Assembly: GCA_964595845.1 (NCBI GenBank) | Contig: CAZQRX010000002.1 | Span: 7,592 to 71,591, forward strand | From: an uncultured Terracidiphilus sp. | GTDB lineage: Bacteria; Acidobacteriota; Terriglobia; Terriglobales; Acidobacteriaceae | Length of the DNA: 64,000 nucleotides | Direction of reading: 5' to 3' | Shown here: positions 17,310-28,400 of the stretch, in pieces | How positions within the stretch are numbered: the first letter of the stretch is position 1 | How the letters are laid out: each line of letters starts with the position of its first letter | The notes under the pieces: model-generated | What the model saw: only the letters and a program-made list of their open reading frames with translations | What the model was told of the DNA's origin: nothing | The model's database searches: none | Translations under genes and position numbers: made by a program

Positions 17310-18974
17310 CTACGTCGTGCCGACAGGAACCACCCGCGGGATATGGGGCAACTCACCTACAATTGCCGCAAATATCTTATTCAAGCTCCCCAAGCCTGAA
17401 ACGCTGGGGCATACGCCAGAGGTGGCACCCATGGTGTCGGAGTAGAAATATACAATTTCCGCTGTGTTTGGAGTGGCAATATCCTGATCCGTAGTACAGG
17501 GGGAGATATTCGGCGTGTAACTTAAATTAGGAGGAGCGGCAGGCGGATTAGGGTTAGGCAAAGTGCCATGGCCTGTTGACGTCCCCACTGTCTTTTTAAA
17601 AGTGTTAAAAAATCCATCCTGATCGGCGGGGCAGTTACTGGCGTTGATTATATCGACCATATTTCCACTGCTGATGGTTGTGCCATTCGGGTTCCACGAT
17701 CCTGTGATCGGTGAACCGTAAGAAACCACGAAGATCGAAGTTTTGAGTGAGCTGGCCCGCGCGATTTGAGCTTCCTGCACCGCCTGCCCGCAGCCGCCGA
17801 CGCCGGATGGGTAAGTGACGGCTGTGCCGGAGATAGGGACATCGGCTGGAGGGGAAGAAGCACTCTCGGAAAACGTCTGCCCAAACATAGTTAGCGCCGA
17901 ATCAACATTCGCGTACTGATCCGAACCATTGACGTTGCCGTCCGAGAGGACGACGATTACACTCTGGCCGGGAGCCACGGGATGAACTACATTTTGGGCA
18001 ACCAGCGCCGATTGCGCCGCGACAATCGCGCCTGCAAGGTAGGTTCCAGCGGGCGCGCCGCTTGGCGTCTTCAAGCAACCGGCGGTGGTTGTCGTCCCAG
18101 AAGAATTGACTACCCCGACTGCTTTCGTGATTTGGGTATAATCTGTGCCGAAGGGCACAATCTGGTAGGTCGCGCTGGTGCCGGTTGGCCCGTAGGATGA
18201 ACCTAATGCGGGCGTTGTGTTCGCCATTTCATTGGGGGTGCCGGAGCAGGAGAGATCGTCATTCACCGTACTGGCTTCCACGTTCGGAAAAGCGAACAGG
18301 GCGACCGGGGCATCGGCTGGAAAGGGGAGGGAGTTCAGCATAATGCCGACGCCGTTCATCGCGCAGTATAATTCTGTTTTGCCGATGCAGGCGGGGTCGG
18401 AACTGCCCAGGCCCGAGCCGGAAGTAATGACAGTACCCATGGACCCCGTGGTATCGACGATGATCACCATATTGAGCGGCGCGGGCTTTCCACCGGGGGT
18501 CGCGTAGGCCGTTGCCGACATATGGAAAAGGGGGATGCTGAAAATCTTCGCGAACCACGTATTAACATCCGCTGTCTGCGTCACTATCATGGCGTTGTAA
18601 CCCGCACCAGGGCCCAGGCAAGGAGTGCCCATCGCCGTAACCGTGGCAAGGCATACGAAGGAAGGGGGTAGCATCTGAACATTTGTCAAGCTCGAAGCAG
18701 TGTTCAAGTTCCCCGCCACGGAACTGTATTTAGTCACCGCAGCCGTGGCCGAGGCTATATTGAAATAGGAACTGGACAGGTACACGGCTCCAGCCAATGC
18801 CGCGGAATTCGTCGATGCCTGAAGTTGCTGGCGGGCAACGTAGGCATTGACAAGGTCCATCGAGATCCCTGCAACTCCTATAAAGGCAAGCCCGCCGAGC
18901 GCCACGAAAACAAGAGACTGGCCTAGCTCATTCTTCAGAACTCTGCGCAGAAAAGACATCATGAGAAACTTCAT
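17310..18974 (-). CDS. tadG: TadG-like tip pilin/adhesin with a vWA domain
   Basis: G|QSLVFVAL prepilin-like N-terminus, D...RQQLQASTNSAALAG, MIDAS-like IIVDTTGS and VVLSDG. Confidence 0.8.
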   Translation of the reverse strand: MKFLMMSFLRRVLKNELGQSLVFVALGGLAFIGVAGISMDLVNAYVARQQLQASTNSAALAGAVYLSSSYFNIASATAAVTKYSSVAGNLNTASSLTNVQMLPPSFVCLATVTAMGTPCLGPGAGYNAMIVTQTADVNTWFAKIFSIPLFHMSATAYATPGGKPAPLNMVIIVDTTGSMGTVITSGSGLGSSDPACIGKTELYCAMNGVGIMLNSLPFPADAPVALFAFPNVEASTVNDDLSCSGTPNEMANTTPALGSSYGPTGTSATYQIVPFGTDYTQITKAVGVVNSSGTTTTAGCLKTPSGAPAGTYLAGAIVAAQSALVAQNVVHPVAPGQSVIVVLSDGNVNGSDQYANVDSALTMFGQTFSESASSPPADVPISGTAVTYPSGVGGCGQAVQEAQIARASSLKTSIFVVSYGSPITGSWNPNGTTISSGNMVDIINASNCPADQDGFFNTFKKTVGTSTGHGTLPNPNPPAAPPNLSYTPNISPCTTDQDIATPNTAEIVYFYSDTMGATSGVCPSVSGLGSLNKIFAAIVGELPHIPRVVPVGTT

Positions 18975-18993
18975 TGGAGTATTCCTCATCCTT

Positions 18994-19653
18994 TCAGAAG
19001 GCTAATACCGATTGTTGCGCCGTCAAGGTGAACGTTCCCAGGCTTATTAAATGTTGGGTAACCGGATTGATGATTGGCAGCCACGTGTATGGATACTGGA
19101 GCGTAAGCGTGACTTGCGATTCCGGCCCCAAATCGCCTGCGATGCTTTGAGCCGAGCATGAAAATGATCCGGTGGAAGCGGGAATCGTAGTCGTCGTAGT
19201 CGTTGTACCTACCGTATTCGCAAGTGTCGCTGAATACGTAATTTTACCCAAATTCGTCGTCGACCAGTTCCCCAAAACGGTGGTAACGGCAGTATAGGCC
19301 TTTGCGCAGAGGTCGGTCGGCGTCGAGGTTCCAGGGTTAAAAACCCCCTGATTCGCTGCCATCGCCTGGTCACCGGCAAACGCGGCTTCCCCAAGCTGCT
19401 CGTAGACGATCATGCCCATGCCAATCGAAAACAAACCCATAATAAGGGCCAAAAAGATCGGCAACATGAGGGCCAGCTCAACGATCGATTGACCCTTGCC
19501 ACCGCGGCAAAGCCTGGCGAGAAGCCGGCGGCCGGAGAGCCGGGCTTTGCCGCTCACGCTCCCCGACGCCGCGCTATGCCTGCTCCGCCGCGCCGCCGCC
19601 TGTCCGTCTTGATCCCTTTGCATTTTCATCGCCAATTCCACGCTTCTCTTCAC
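18994..19653 (-). CDS. tadE: TadE/TadF-like minor pilin
   Basis: G|QSIVELALMLPIFLALIMG; C-terminal VTLTLQYPYTWLP. Start uncertain. Confidence 0.85.
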   Translation of the reverse strand: MKRSVELAMKMQRDQDGQAAARRSRHSAASGSVSGKARLSGRRLLARLCRGGKGQSIVELALMLPIFLALIMGLFSIGMGMIVYEQLGEAAFAGDQAMAANQGVFNPGTSTPTDLCAKAYTAVTTVLGNWSTTNLGKITYSATLANTVGTTTTTTTIPASTGSFSCSAQSIAGDLGPESQVTLTLQYPYTWLPIINPVTQHLISLGTFTLTAQQSVLAF

Positions 19654-19742
19654 CCATTATCGTTCATCTTTCCTTGAGAATAGTCTTTTACGAGTCGATA
19701 TAATACACAAAAGTACCAATCATTTCAAGGCGCGCGCGACGA

Positions 19743-20729
19743 TTATTCGTTGTCCTTTTGCAGCAGCCGCTCCAGAAATTGATTGAGTTCCTTCTTATCC
19801 ACGCCATGCTTTAGCTCACTCAGCGCTTTACGCGCTTCCGGGGCATCCTGGGGGATGAACTGCAGGCCGACGCCGTCGTTGCCCCAGCGGACAGCCCTGG
19901 AGTGCACGGAGATCGAACGATCGGCGCTATCATCCTTGCCATCCGTCTCTTGCAGCGTCATCAAGATCAGGGTTCCGGGATACCAGCGTTCCTCGGTCAC
20001 TACGTACAATCCTGTCGAACTGATGTCCCGGACACTGTGCGCCTTGGGAGCGGCGCCCGTCCAGTAATAGGCGGACAGTCCGGGCAACGGCTCCCGTGGA
20101 GCCTTTCTCAGTTCCGGCTTTCGTGAACCCGCGGACCACCAGCGCTCCAGCCAGCTCATCGGCTGGCTGACGTTCTCCGTCTTCGGCTGGGAAGGGCTGA
20201 TCTCCTTCGTCGGTGGAGATTTGGGGCGCTCCCTGGTGGAGTGATCCGCCAATTCCGCCACGTCCGAATCGCCGCTCCAGGGCGTTTTCCCCTTCGACAG
20301 AACGCCGCTTTGCACTCCGCCGGCAGCGCTGTTTGCGCTGAAGAATTGCTCGAGGCGGTGCTGCATCTCCTCGGCCACACAGAGCACCAGCTGATCTCCC
20401 GGCTGGGTCTGCGACGAATAGATCGAGTGGGTGGGCAGCGCCAGAACGCTGGCCGGCAGCGAACTCGAGGTGGCATGGAAGGTGGGAAATGACTCGACGG
20501 TTTCGATGACTCGGCAATCCATGTCCAAATAGAGCAGATCGAGCGGAACGCGCATACTGGTATCGGGAATCCCCCGGAACGGCTCTATCCAAAGGCCCTC
20601 GCCTGACTTGAGCGCAATCTTCCCCAACAGAACCTTCAGTTCCGCCAACGAGAGATCGGCGGATGCGACCTCAAGGCCGAGGAAGCATTCGCGAGTCTGG
20701 TTGTATGCGCAAAGTCGTTGCAATTCCAT
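19743..20729 (-). CDS. DUF192-like domain fused to a PilZ domain
   Basis: N-terminus aligns by eye with the DUF192 protein (YNQTR..LGLEV..GEGLWIEP..PLDLLYLD..SVLALP..GDQL). C-terminus RKAPR (RxxxR) and DISSTG (DxSxxG). GGAGG RBS before ATG20729. Confidence 0.8.
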   Translation of the reverse strand: MELQRLCAYNQTRECFLGLEVASADLSLAELKVLLGKIALKSGEGLWIEPFRGIPDTSMRVPLDLLYLDMDCRVIETVESFPTFHATSSSLPASVLALPTHSIYSSQTQPGDQLVLCVAEEMQHRLEQFFSANSAAGGVQSGVLSKGKTPWSGDSDVAELADHSTRERPKSPPTKEISPSQPKTENVSQPMSWLERWWSAGSRKPELRKAPREPLPGLSAYYWTGAAPKAHSVRDISSTGLYVVTEERWYPGTLILMTLQETDGKDDSADRSISVHSRAVRWGNDGVGLQFIPQDAPEARKALSELKHGVDKKELNQFLERLLQKDNE

Positions 20730-21058
20730 GGTGCCTCCGGCCGCCTGCGATAACCCGGAAACCGGGTCTTGTCCCGGAGTCCAAGTTGTCGATTCAACCA
20801 CACCCATCTGAAACACTCATGACAAGTCCTTTCCCTGCGACCGCCGGCGGACACAAGCCATGTTTCTAGCGGCGTGAAGTAGGCCAAGCCATCTGCCCGG
20901 TATCCACGCCAAGACACACTTCATCTCATCCGCTGCCGGGGCAACGCGCAAAGAGACCCAGCACCGTAACAACGGAGCCCCGGCCAGCGAACTGATCGAG
21001 ATGGCCAGCGAAACACGCGCGGCTACTCCGCGCCGCTGGCCCGCCCGCGGAAGAACAG

Positions 21059-21154
21059 CTATTTGATCCGTGTGCGGCGGCGCTGGATCAGGACAATCAG
21101 AATGACAACGACTAGCACACCAGCTACTACCCGAATGATCAAAGTGGTATCCAT
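21059..21154 (-). CDS. 31-aa single-TM small protein (below the ORF-track cutoff)
   Basis: MDTTLIIRVVAGVLVVVILIVLIQRRRTRIK*. Strong AAGGAGGAG RBS 5 nt upstream, immediately after the tadC stop. Confidence 0.75.
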   Translation of the reverse strand: MDTTLIIRVVAGVLVVVILIVLIQRRRTRIK

Positions 21155-21171
21155 ATCGACTCCTCCTTCCT

Positions 21172-22080
21172 TCAATGATTGAGACTCTGGAACGAAGCCG
21201 CGATGGAAATAATCGCGGGCCCTAGAACGACCACAAAAAGCGAGGGTAAGATGAAAAACACAAGGGGAAAAAGCAGCTTGATGGTGGTTTTAGCCGCCGC
21301 CTCCTCCACTGCCTGCACGCGCTGCGTTCTGAGTGTATCGCTATGAATGCGCAATGTTTTTGCGATGCTGGTTCCGAACTGCTCGGCCTGCACCAGCATG
21401 GTCACGAGATTGCGCACGCAATCCACCTCCGTGCGTTCCGCCATATGTTTCCAGGCTTCGCCGCGCGGGCGTCCGGCGCGCTGCTCCAGCACGACAATAT
21501 TCAATTCATCGCACACTTCCGGCTGGGCATGCTTCAACTCCACCGCTGTGCGCGCCGTCGCATGGTCCAAACTGAGTCCGGCCTCGATGCAGATCACCAG
21601 CAGATCTAGTACATCCGGTAGGCCGCGCCGAACCTTGCCTTGGCGTTTTTTAATTCGCCTTCCCAGCCAGAAATCCGGCGCCAGAAATCCCAGCGCCGCG
21701 GCGATGAGATACATCATGAAACCTCCCATGTCGCCGAGTCCCGTAACCAAGACCAGGATGCAGAACAGGAGAGGAACTAAAACTTTTGTGCCATAGAAGA
21801 TTTTGACCGCCGATTCATCGCGAAAACCGGCGTGCTGGAGGCGCTGCAGGACGATGGATACCTCGGCCTGGCTCTTGGGAAGGACATTCTCGAAGTGCTC
21901 AATCACGCCGCCGATCGAAAGGCCGGTCTTCTGAATGGCGGTCAACAGGGATTTCTCTTTGGGCTGCGGATTGATCGCGTCGGAGATGCGCTGCAGCATT
22001 TCTTCTCGATAGAACAGAAGCAAACCGCCGCTGACGATCATCAGAAAAACGCCTAAAAAGGCAAATATCGCATATCCCAT
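21172..22080 (-). CDS. tadC: Tad inner-membrane platform protein TadC
   Basis: LPDVLDLLVICIEAGLSLD, QAEQFGTSI, EEAAAK..IKLLFPLVFFILPS. Confidence 0.93.
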   Translation of the reverse strand: MGYAIFAFLGVFLMIVSGGLLLFYREEMLQRISDAINPQPKEKSLLTAIQKTGLSIGGVIEHFENVLPKSQAEVSIVLQRLQHAGFRDESAVKIFYGTKVLVPLLFCILVLVTGLGDMGGFMMYLIAAALGFLAPDFWLGRRIKKRQGKVRRGLPDVLDLLVICIEAGLSLDHATARTAVELKHAQPEVCDELNIVVLEQRAGRPRGEAWKHMAERTEVDCVRNLVTMLVQAEQFGTSIAKTLRIHSDTLRTQRVQAVEEAAAKTTIKLLFPLVFFILPSLFVVVLGPAIISIAASFQSLNH

Positions 22081-22087
22081 AGGTCAC

Positions 22088-23059
22088 CTAAACGTCCATG
22101 TTGACGATGTGGCGAATGATTAAACCGCCCACGATAATCATGCCGAAAGAGGTCCAGAGCAACTTGATGCCCATGGGAGTCCTCCACAACAAGCTCATCA
22201 TCTCGGGGTTGACGAAGTATAAAGCGATTCCCAGTATGACCGGGAGAAGAGTGAGCACCCACCCGGTCATGCGTCCCTGGGCTGTATGGACACCGACCTG
22301 CCGCTTGAGGCGGAAGCGCTCACGGATCACATGGGAGGTCTTGTCGAGTACCTCGGCAAGGTTTCCTCCGCTCTCCCTCTGGATCATGATCGCGGTGGAG
22401 ACGATGCGCAGATCCTGGAGGGGGACGCGGTTGATCATATTGTCCAAGGCCGTCTTCATTTCCAGGCCGTAGTTTTGCTCCTCGAAGCACGCCTTGAATT
22501 CGCAGCCGATGGGGTCGGCGCACTCCCGCGCCACTGAACCCATTGCAGCGATCAGGCTATGCCCGGCGCGCATAGCATTCACCATCAAATCCAGCGCTTC
22601 CGGCAAACCCTCTTGAAACTTGTCCAAGCGCTTGCCGCGTTTACGGCGTGCCCAGAAATAAGGCATGGCGCCTGCCAGCAACCCCACCGGCAAAGCGATG
22701 AGAATGGAATTGGTACGCCAGTAAACCAGATAGCCTAGCGACAGAAAGCAGAGCGCGCACCCGGACAGCATGCCTCCGGCGGTCCACTTCAGATCAGCCT
22801 GATAAATCAGGGACTGCACGCGTGGCGTCAGTTCAAAACTGAGCAGCTTGCGATTGAGCCAAGGGATGCTGCTGAGCCGGTCGGTCTTGCGCAGATCGAG
22901 GATGGGACCGCGCTCTTCCGGGCTGTCGGTGGCGAGGGCGGAATCGAGCGTGGCGTGGACCTGTTTAGCCTGCGCGGATGCGCCGCTCCCGCTGGCGATC
23001 GCGATCAGCGCGACGACCGAAAAGGCGCCCAGGAAGACCAGAACAATGATCGATCCCAT
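22088..23059 (-). CDS. tadB: Tad inner-membrane platform protein TadB
   Basis: LPEALDLMVNAMRAGHS, IQRESGGNLAEVL, TAQGRMTG. Confidence 0.93.
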   Translation of the reverse strand: MGSIIVLVFLGAFSVVALIAIASGSGASAQAKQVHATLDSALATDSPEERGPILDLRKTDRLSSIPWLNRKLLSFELTPRVQSLIYQADLKWTAGGMLSGCALCFLSLGYLVYWRTNSILIALPVGLLAGAMPYFWARRKRGKRLDKFQEGLPEALDLMVNAMRAGHSLIAAMGSVARECADPIGCEFKACFEEQNYGLEMKTALDNMINRVPLQDLRIVSTAIMIQRESGGNLAEVLDKTSHVIRERFRLKRQVGVHTAQGRMTGWVLTLLPVILGIALYFVNPEMMSLLWRTPMGIKLLWTSFGMIIVGGLIIRHIVNMDV

Positions 23060-23080
23060 ATCAGTTTCCCTCCCTTCCGC

Positions 23081-24358
23081 TCAATTGACCTGCGTTTCGC
23101 GCTCAAACAGAATCGGCGGCAAAACAATACCCGAGACGCGCAGACGTTCGAGGAACCGGGGACGGATATGGGTTGGCTGGAATACGCCGATGACCTTGCC
23201 ATCGGGCCCAATCCCCTTCTTCGTGAAAGTAAAAATCTCTTGCATGCTGATCACATTTTCTTCCATGCCTGTGATCTCGGCGACGCTGGTTACTTTGCGT
23301 GTGCCGTCGCTCATGCGCGTAGCCTGAACGACAATGGTAATGGCCGAGGCGATCTGCTGGCGTACGGATTTTTCGGGCAGATTCATGCCCATGGCAACCA
23401 TCGATTCGAGCCTGGAGATGGCATCGCGGGGAGTGTTGGCGTGAATGGTGGTCATCGAGCCTTCGTGGCCGGTATTCATGGCCTGGAGCATATCGAAGGC
23501 CTCTTCGCCGCGCACCTCGCCCATGATAATGCGGTCCGGGCGCATGCGCAGGCAGTTGATCAGAAGCTGACGCTGCTTGACCGCTCCCTGGCCTTCGATG
23601 TTGGGCGGGCGAGTCTCCAGGCGCACGATGTTTTCCTGCGCCAGGCGGAGTTCGGCCGCGTCCTCAATCGTGACCAGGCGTTCGTTGCGCGGAATGTACT
23701 GCGAGAGAATGTTGAGAAAGGTAGTCTTGCCCGCGCCGGTGCCGCCGGAGATGAGGATGCTGATGCGGGCTTTGACCGCCGATGAGAGCACTTCCATCAT
23801 CTCCGCCGATACGCTCTTCAACTGAACCAGCTGATTGGCGGCCAGCGGGCCTGTCCCAAAGCGGCGAATGGACAAGGAAGGCCCGTCCAGCGCCAGCGGC
23901 GGAATGATCGCGTTGACGCGCGAGCCGTCAGGCAAGCGGGCATCCACCATCGGCGAGGACTCGTCCACCCGGCGGCCCACGCGCGACACGATCCGGTCGA
24001 TGATCTGGAGCAGATGGCGGTCGTCGCGGAAGGTTGTATCGACCCTCTGCAGCAGCCCGCCTTTCTCGATGAAGACATGATCCTTGTCATTGACAAGAAT
24101 GTCGGAAATCTTTGGATCTCGCAGCAGCGGCTCCAGCGGTCCAAGGCCAAAAACTTCGTCGAGCAGGTCGGCTTGTATCTTCTCCTGCTCGTCGAAATTC
24201 AGTGGCACACGCTGGTCGGAGATGATCTCCTTCACGATGCCGGCTACCGCCTGGCGCGCCTGACTGGAATTGACGCGTGACAGTTTCTCCAGATCCAGTT
24301 TGGAGATCAGGGTCCGGTGAATTTCCGCTTTATACTTTTCCAGATTCAGAAGTTCCAA
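23081..24358 (-). CDS. cpaF: Tad motor ATPase CpaF/TadA
   Basis: [23 protein letters not shown], Walker [37 protein letters not shown] start. Confidence 0.96.
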   Translation of the reverse strand: MELLNLEKYKAEIHRTLISKLDLEKLSRVNSSQARQAVAGIVKEIISDQRVPLNFDEQEKIQADLLDEVFGLGPLEPLLRDPKISDILVNDKDHVFIEKGGLLQRVDTTFRDDRHLLQIIDRIVSRVGRRVDESSPMVDARLPDGSRVNAIIPPLALDGPSLSIRRFGTGPLAANQLVQLKSVSAEMMEVLSSAVKARISILISGGTGAGKTTFLNILSQYIPRNERLVTIEDAAELRLAQENIVRLETRPPNIEGQGAVKQRQLLINCLRMRPDRIIMGEVRGEEAFDMLQAMNTGHEGSMTTIHANTPRDAISRLESMVAMGMNLPEKSVRQQIASAITIVVQATRMSDGTRKVTSVAEITGMEENVISMQEIFTFTKKGIGPDGKVIGVFQPTHIRPRFLERLRVSGIVLPPILFERETQVN

Positions 24359-24442
24359 GTTCTACCTTCCATCGGGCGAGGATACTCATCCACAGTACAT
24401 CATTGACCCTGCCCGAAAAACGGGAGGGAGACAGAGGACTCG

Positions 24443-25489
24443 TCAACCACCCAGAGAGAAATTCAGGTTCACCGTGGTCTCCACTTCCACCGGCTCGCCG
24501 CTGAGCATATAAGGCCTGAAGCGCCAGGTCTTCACGGCATCGAGCGCGGCCTGCCGCAACATCGCAGGTCCGCTGACAACGTGTGGATTTTCGATGGTTC
24601 CGTTCCTGGAAATGGTGGCCTGAATCACCACTGTTCCGGAGACGCGGGCGGTCTTGGCGATGGGCGGATAAATGGGCGCGGTCTTCTGGATCAGCAAACC
24701 GACCGCGATGCCCTGCGAGATGCTGACCTTCTGAGGAGCCGCGACCTTCACCTTCGGCCCGCCCTGTCCGGTGAAGACGGCGCTGCCAGCATTGCCCAAA
24801 CCGTCCATGCCGGTGGCGCCAAAGCCAGAAGCGGGGGCCGCATCCTTTCCACCCAGCATCTTGAGGTCGCTGGAAATCTTCGAAGGAGCTGTCAGTTGAC
24901 GGTTCATCAACTCCGTATTCGGACGAACCGTGTTCTCGGCCGGAGTGGTATCGGTCGAGGCCGCCGGCGTCACGGCGGTGGTCTGCGTCGAAGGCGACGG
25001 CTTAATTGTAGTCGCCGTCGCAAGCGCCGTCGTTGCCGATGCCGACTGCGGAGCAACCGCAGGCTTCGGCGCGGTCATCCCGGAGTGCAAGCGAGGATAG
25101 ACCAGCACGCCAGCGCCAGCGACGAGCAAAACCGCAACAACACCGATGGCGGCAAACATCCCCGTCTTCTTCGGCTTGCCCTCGCTCTCGGCCTTGTGTT
25201 TCACTGTGGCCGTACGCTTAGGCGGCTGATACACCTGCTCTGCTTCAGCGTAAGCCGGAGCCGGCTTGCGCGGAGCGGCGGCTGGCGGCTTGGCTGCCAC
25301 AGGCAATACGGCGACGCGCGCCGTCGCCGATTTCGCAACCGGCTTGGGGGCAACGCCGGAACCAGGAAAACCATCGAATCCGCTGACGCTGGCTGGTTGC
25401 GTGGGGGCATCTTCTCCGCTATCCCATTCGCCGAAATCTGCGGGTAGCGTTGTGGGCGCGTTCAATTCTATTTCTTCTGGAGGTACCAT
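24443..25489 (-). CDS. TonB-family protein (cytoplasmic N-region, TM, Thr/Ala/Pro linker, TonB-C domain)
   Basis: PIYPPIAKTARVSGTVVIQATI...LRQAALDAVKTWRFRPY...VEVETTVNLNFSL. Overlaps the cpaE stop by 22 nt. Confidence 0.85.
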   Translation of the reverse strand: MVPPEEIELNAPTTLPADFGEWDSGEDAPTQPASVSGFDGFPGSGVAPKPVAKSATARVAVLPVAAKPPAAAPRKPAPAYAEAEQVYQPPKRTATVKHKAESEGKPKKTGMFAAIGVVAVLLVAGAGVLVYPRLHSGMTAPKPAVAPQSASATTALATATTIKPSPSTQTTAVTPAASTDTTPAENTVRPNTELMNRQLTAPSKISSDLKMLGGKDAAPASGFGATGMDGLGNAGSAVFTGQGGPKVKVAAPQKVSISQGIAVGLLIQKTAPIYPPIAKTARVSGTVVIQATISRNGTIENPHVVSGPAMLRQAALDAVKTWRFRPYMLSGEPVEVETTVNLNFSLGG

Positions 25490-28400
25490 TGGCCGTCGGC
25501 TCCCTTCACGTAGGTAGCACCTTTGTAAGTGCGTGTTTCAAGTTTGCTCTGCTGATCGGAGGCGCCGCTTGACTGCGTCCCCTGTTTTGCGTCGGCGAAG
25601 TCAGTGGAATTCGCATCTGAATCCGCCATTGCCGGCATGAGTGATGCGATATTCGCCAACCCTTCCACCACCACCGACACGGTGGCTTGCGCCGTCGTAT
25701 AGTCGGCGGTGTCCCTGGGGGTAAAGGTTACTGAAAGAGTTTGCGTTCCTGCGGTAAGCACGGTGCCCGCGGCAGGCGTGTAAACGAATGTTCCCGGAAC
25801 CAGCGCCGTGGCATTGAGCTGAACCGCGCTGAGCGGGTTGCCGTAGGAGATGGCGGCGGGCGCCGGCCAGGTGATGATAGGCGTTGCTTTGGCGACTGTC
25901 AGCGACACGGTGGCTTGCGCCGTCGCGACGTCTTTGGTCTCCGTCGGTGTGAATGTTACCGAGAGCGGATGCGTTCCCGCCGGCAGCACTTCGCCGGCCG
26001 CTGGAGTGTAGGCGAAGGTCCCCGGAACCGAGGCCTTGGCATTGAGTTGCGCGGCGCCGAGCGCCGTGCCGTAGGAAATGGTGGCAGGCGCCTGCCACGT
26101 GATGGCGGGGATTGCCTTGGTGACGGTGAGCGAAACCGCAGCCTGTGCCGGAGGAAAGTTTGTGTCCGTCGGAGTGAAGATGACCGAGAGCGTTTGCGTT
26201 CCCGCCGGCAGAACTTCGCCCACGGCAGGCGTGTAGACAAACTTACCCGGAACGGGAGCCGTGGCATTGAGTTGCAAAGCGCTGAGCGCGGTGCCATGAG
26301 AGATGGAGACCGGGGTTGGCCACATGATCAGGGTTGGCTTGGCCTTGGTCACAGTCAGTGACACGGTAGTTTGCACCGAGGCGCAGTCCGTGCTGTCGGT
26401 TGGAGTAAAGAGTACCGAGAGCGTATGAGTTCCCGCCGGGAGCACTTCGCCCGCGGCAGGGGTGTAAACGAATTTACCCGGAACCGATGCCGTGGCATTG
26501 AGCTGAGCGGCGCTGAGAGCGTCGCCATAGGGAATCGGCGCGGGCGCCGTCCACGTAATGGTTGGTGTCGCCTTTGTCACTGTCAGTGACACCGCCGCAC
26601 GTACCGGGTTAAAGTTCGTCGCGTCCGCCGGAGTGAAGGTGACTGAGGGTGTATGCGTTCCCGCTGCCAGCACGGCGCCTGCGCCCGGAATGTAAGTGAA
26701 TTTGCCCGGAACCGAAGCCGTGGCGTTGAGCTGCGTGGCGCTGAGAGCGGTGCCGTATGTAATCGGCGCGGGCTTTGCCCATGTGATGACCGGCGTCGCC
26801 TTGGAGACCGTGAGCGGCACTTCGCCTTGCACCGTCGAATAGTCCGTAATGTCGTTCGGAGTGAAGGTGACCGAGAGCGTCTGCACTCCTGCAGTCAGCA
26901 CCGTGCCCGCGGCGGGAATATAGGCAAATTTACCCGGAACCGAGGCCGTGGCATTAAGCTGTGTGGCGCTGAGCGCGGCGCCATAGGCAATCGGAGCCGG
27001 CTTCGGCCAGGTGAGAGACGGCGTCGCTTTGGTGACCGTGAGCGAGACGGCGGCCTGCGCCGTCGAATAGTCCGTGGCGTCGGCCGGTGTAAAGGTTGCC
27101 GTCAGCGTATGCGTCCCCGCTGTCAGCACTTCGCCCGCGGCGGGAGTGTAGGTAAATTTGCCCTGAATCGAGGCCGCGGCATTGAACTGAGCGGCGCTTA
27201 GCGCGGCGCCATAGGAAATCGGAGCGGGAGTCGCCCAGGTGATCACCGGCGTTGCCTTGGTGACTGTAAGCAGAACGGTAGCCTGTGCTGTCGTGTAACC
27301 CGCGGTGTCATTCGGAGTGAAGAGAACCGAGAGCGTATGCGTTCCCGCCGGGAGCATCTCGCCCACTGCTGGAGTGTAAGCGAATTTTCCCGGAACCGAC
27401 GCCATGGCCCGGAGCTGCGTAGTCGTCAGCGGGGTGCCATAGGCAATCGGAACGGGCGTTGACCAGGCAACGGCCGGCGTCTCCTTCTCCACCACCTTGT
27501 TCACGACCGGCTCCACAACCTTGTTCACGACCGGCTCCACGACCTTGTTCACGACCGGCTTCACAACCGGAGCGGGAGCCTCAGGGACGGCACGGACCGG
27601 AGCTTGCAGCAGGTGCCATTCGCCATCCGGGCCCTTCACGTAGGTAGCGCCTTTGTAGGAGCGCGTTTCCAGTTCGCCTTGCCGGGCGGGGGGGCTGACG
27701 ATTTGCGGCGTTTCCCGCTTGGCAGGCGCTGGGGCAGGGCGGTTCGCGCTGACTGTTGGCGTGGGCGCTGGCGTTTCCACCTTGCGCGGAGCCTCCACCG
27801 GAGGAGTGTAAACAGGCTTCGCCGGCAGACTCGCCGCGGCGGCAGGTTGCGCGGTTGGGGTATCCTGACCGGTGCCCAACCCCAGTTGCGTAAAGCTGCT
27901 CGAAGCCTCAGGGGCGGAAGACCTGCCCGATAGGCTGCGGCTCAGACTCTTCAGGCTGAAGCCCGTCTTCTTCTCAGGAATAGCGGGCATGCCGCACGCG
28001 CTGCGGGTCATCTGGCGGATCAGCCGGGAGATGGGCGAATCTTCCAGCGCCAGCGGAATGGCGGTGGTTTGCATGCGCCGCACGGCGTTGTAATCGTTGG
28101 GAATCTTCCATTGCGCCGGCCGGGTGAGCGCCTTGGTAATCTGGTCTTCGGCAACACCCATCGTGCGCGGCTCATAGCGGTTGAGCACGATTTCGAGCTT
28201 GGGAATCCCGGTGGTGAAGTACTGCGAGATCAGGCGGTTGGAGTTGCGCAATCCGGCGATGCCGGCCTGGATCACCAGGTAGACCGTGGAGCCCTCCTTG
28301 AAAAGGCTCGTCCCCATCAGATCAAGCCGCGACCCCATATCAATGACTACGTTCTCGAAGTCCTGGCGCGCGACGGCCAGCAGCCTGTCGATGGCGTCGT

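Noticed and set aside
20871-20886. Possible sigma54 box (TGGCCT-ACTTC-ACGCC) upstream of DUF192-PilZ
   Set aside because: Spacing is right but the -12 element is poor and no activator palindrome is nearby; chance matches are common at this GC content.
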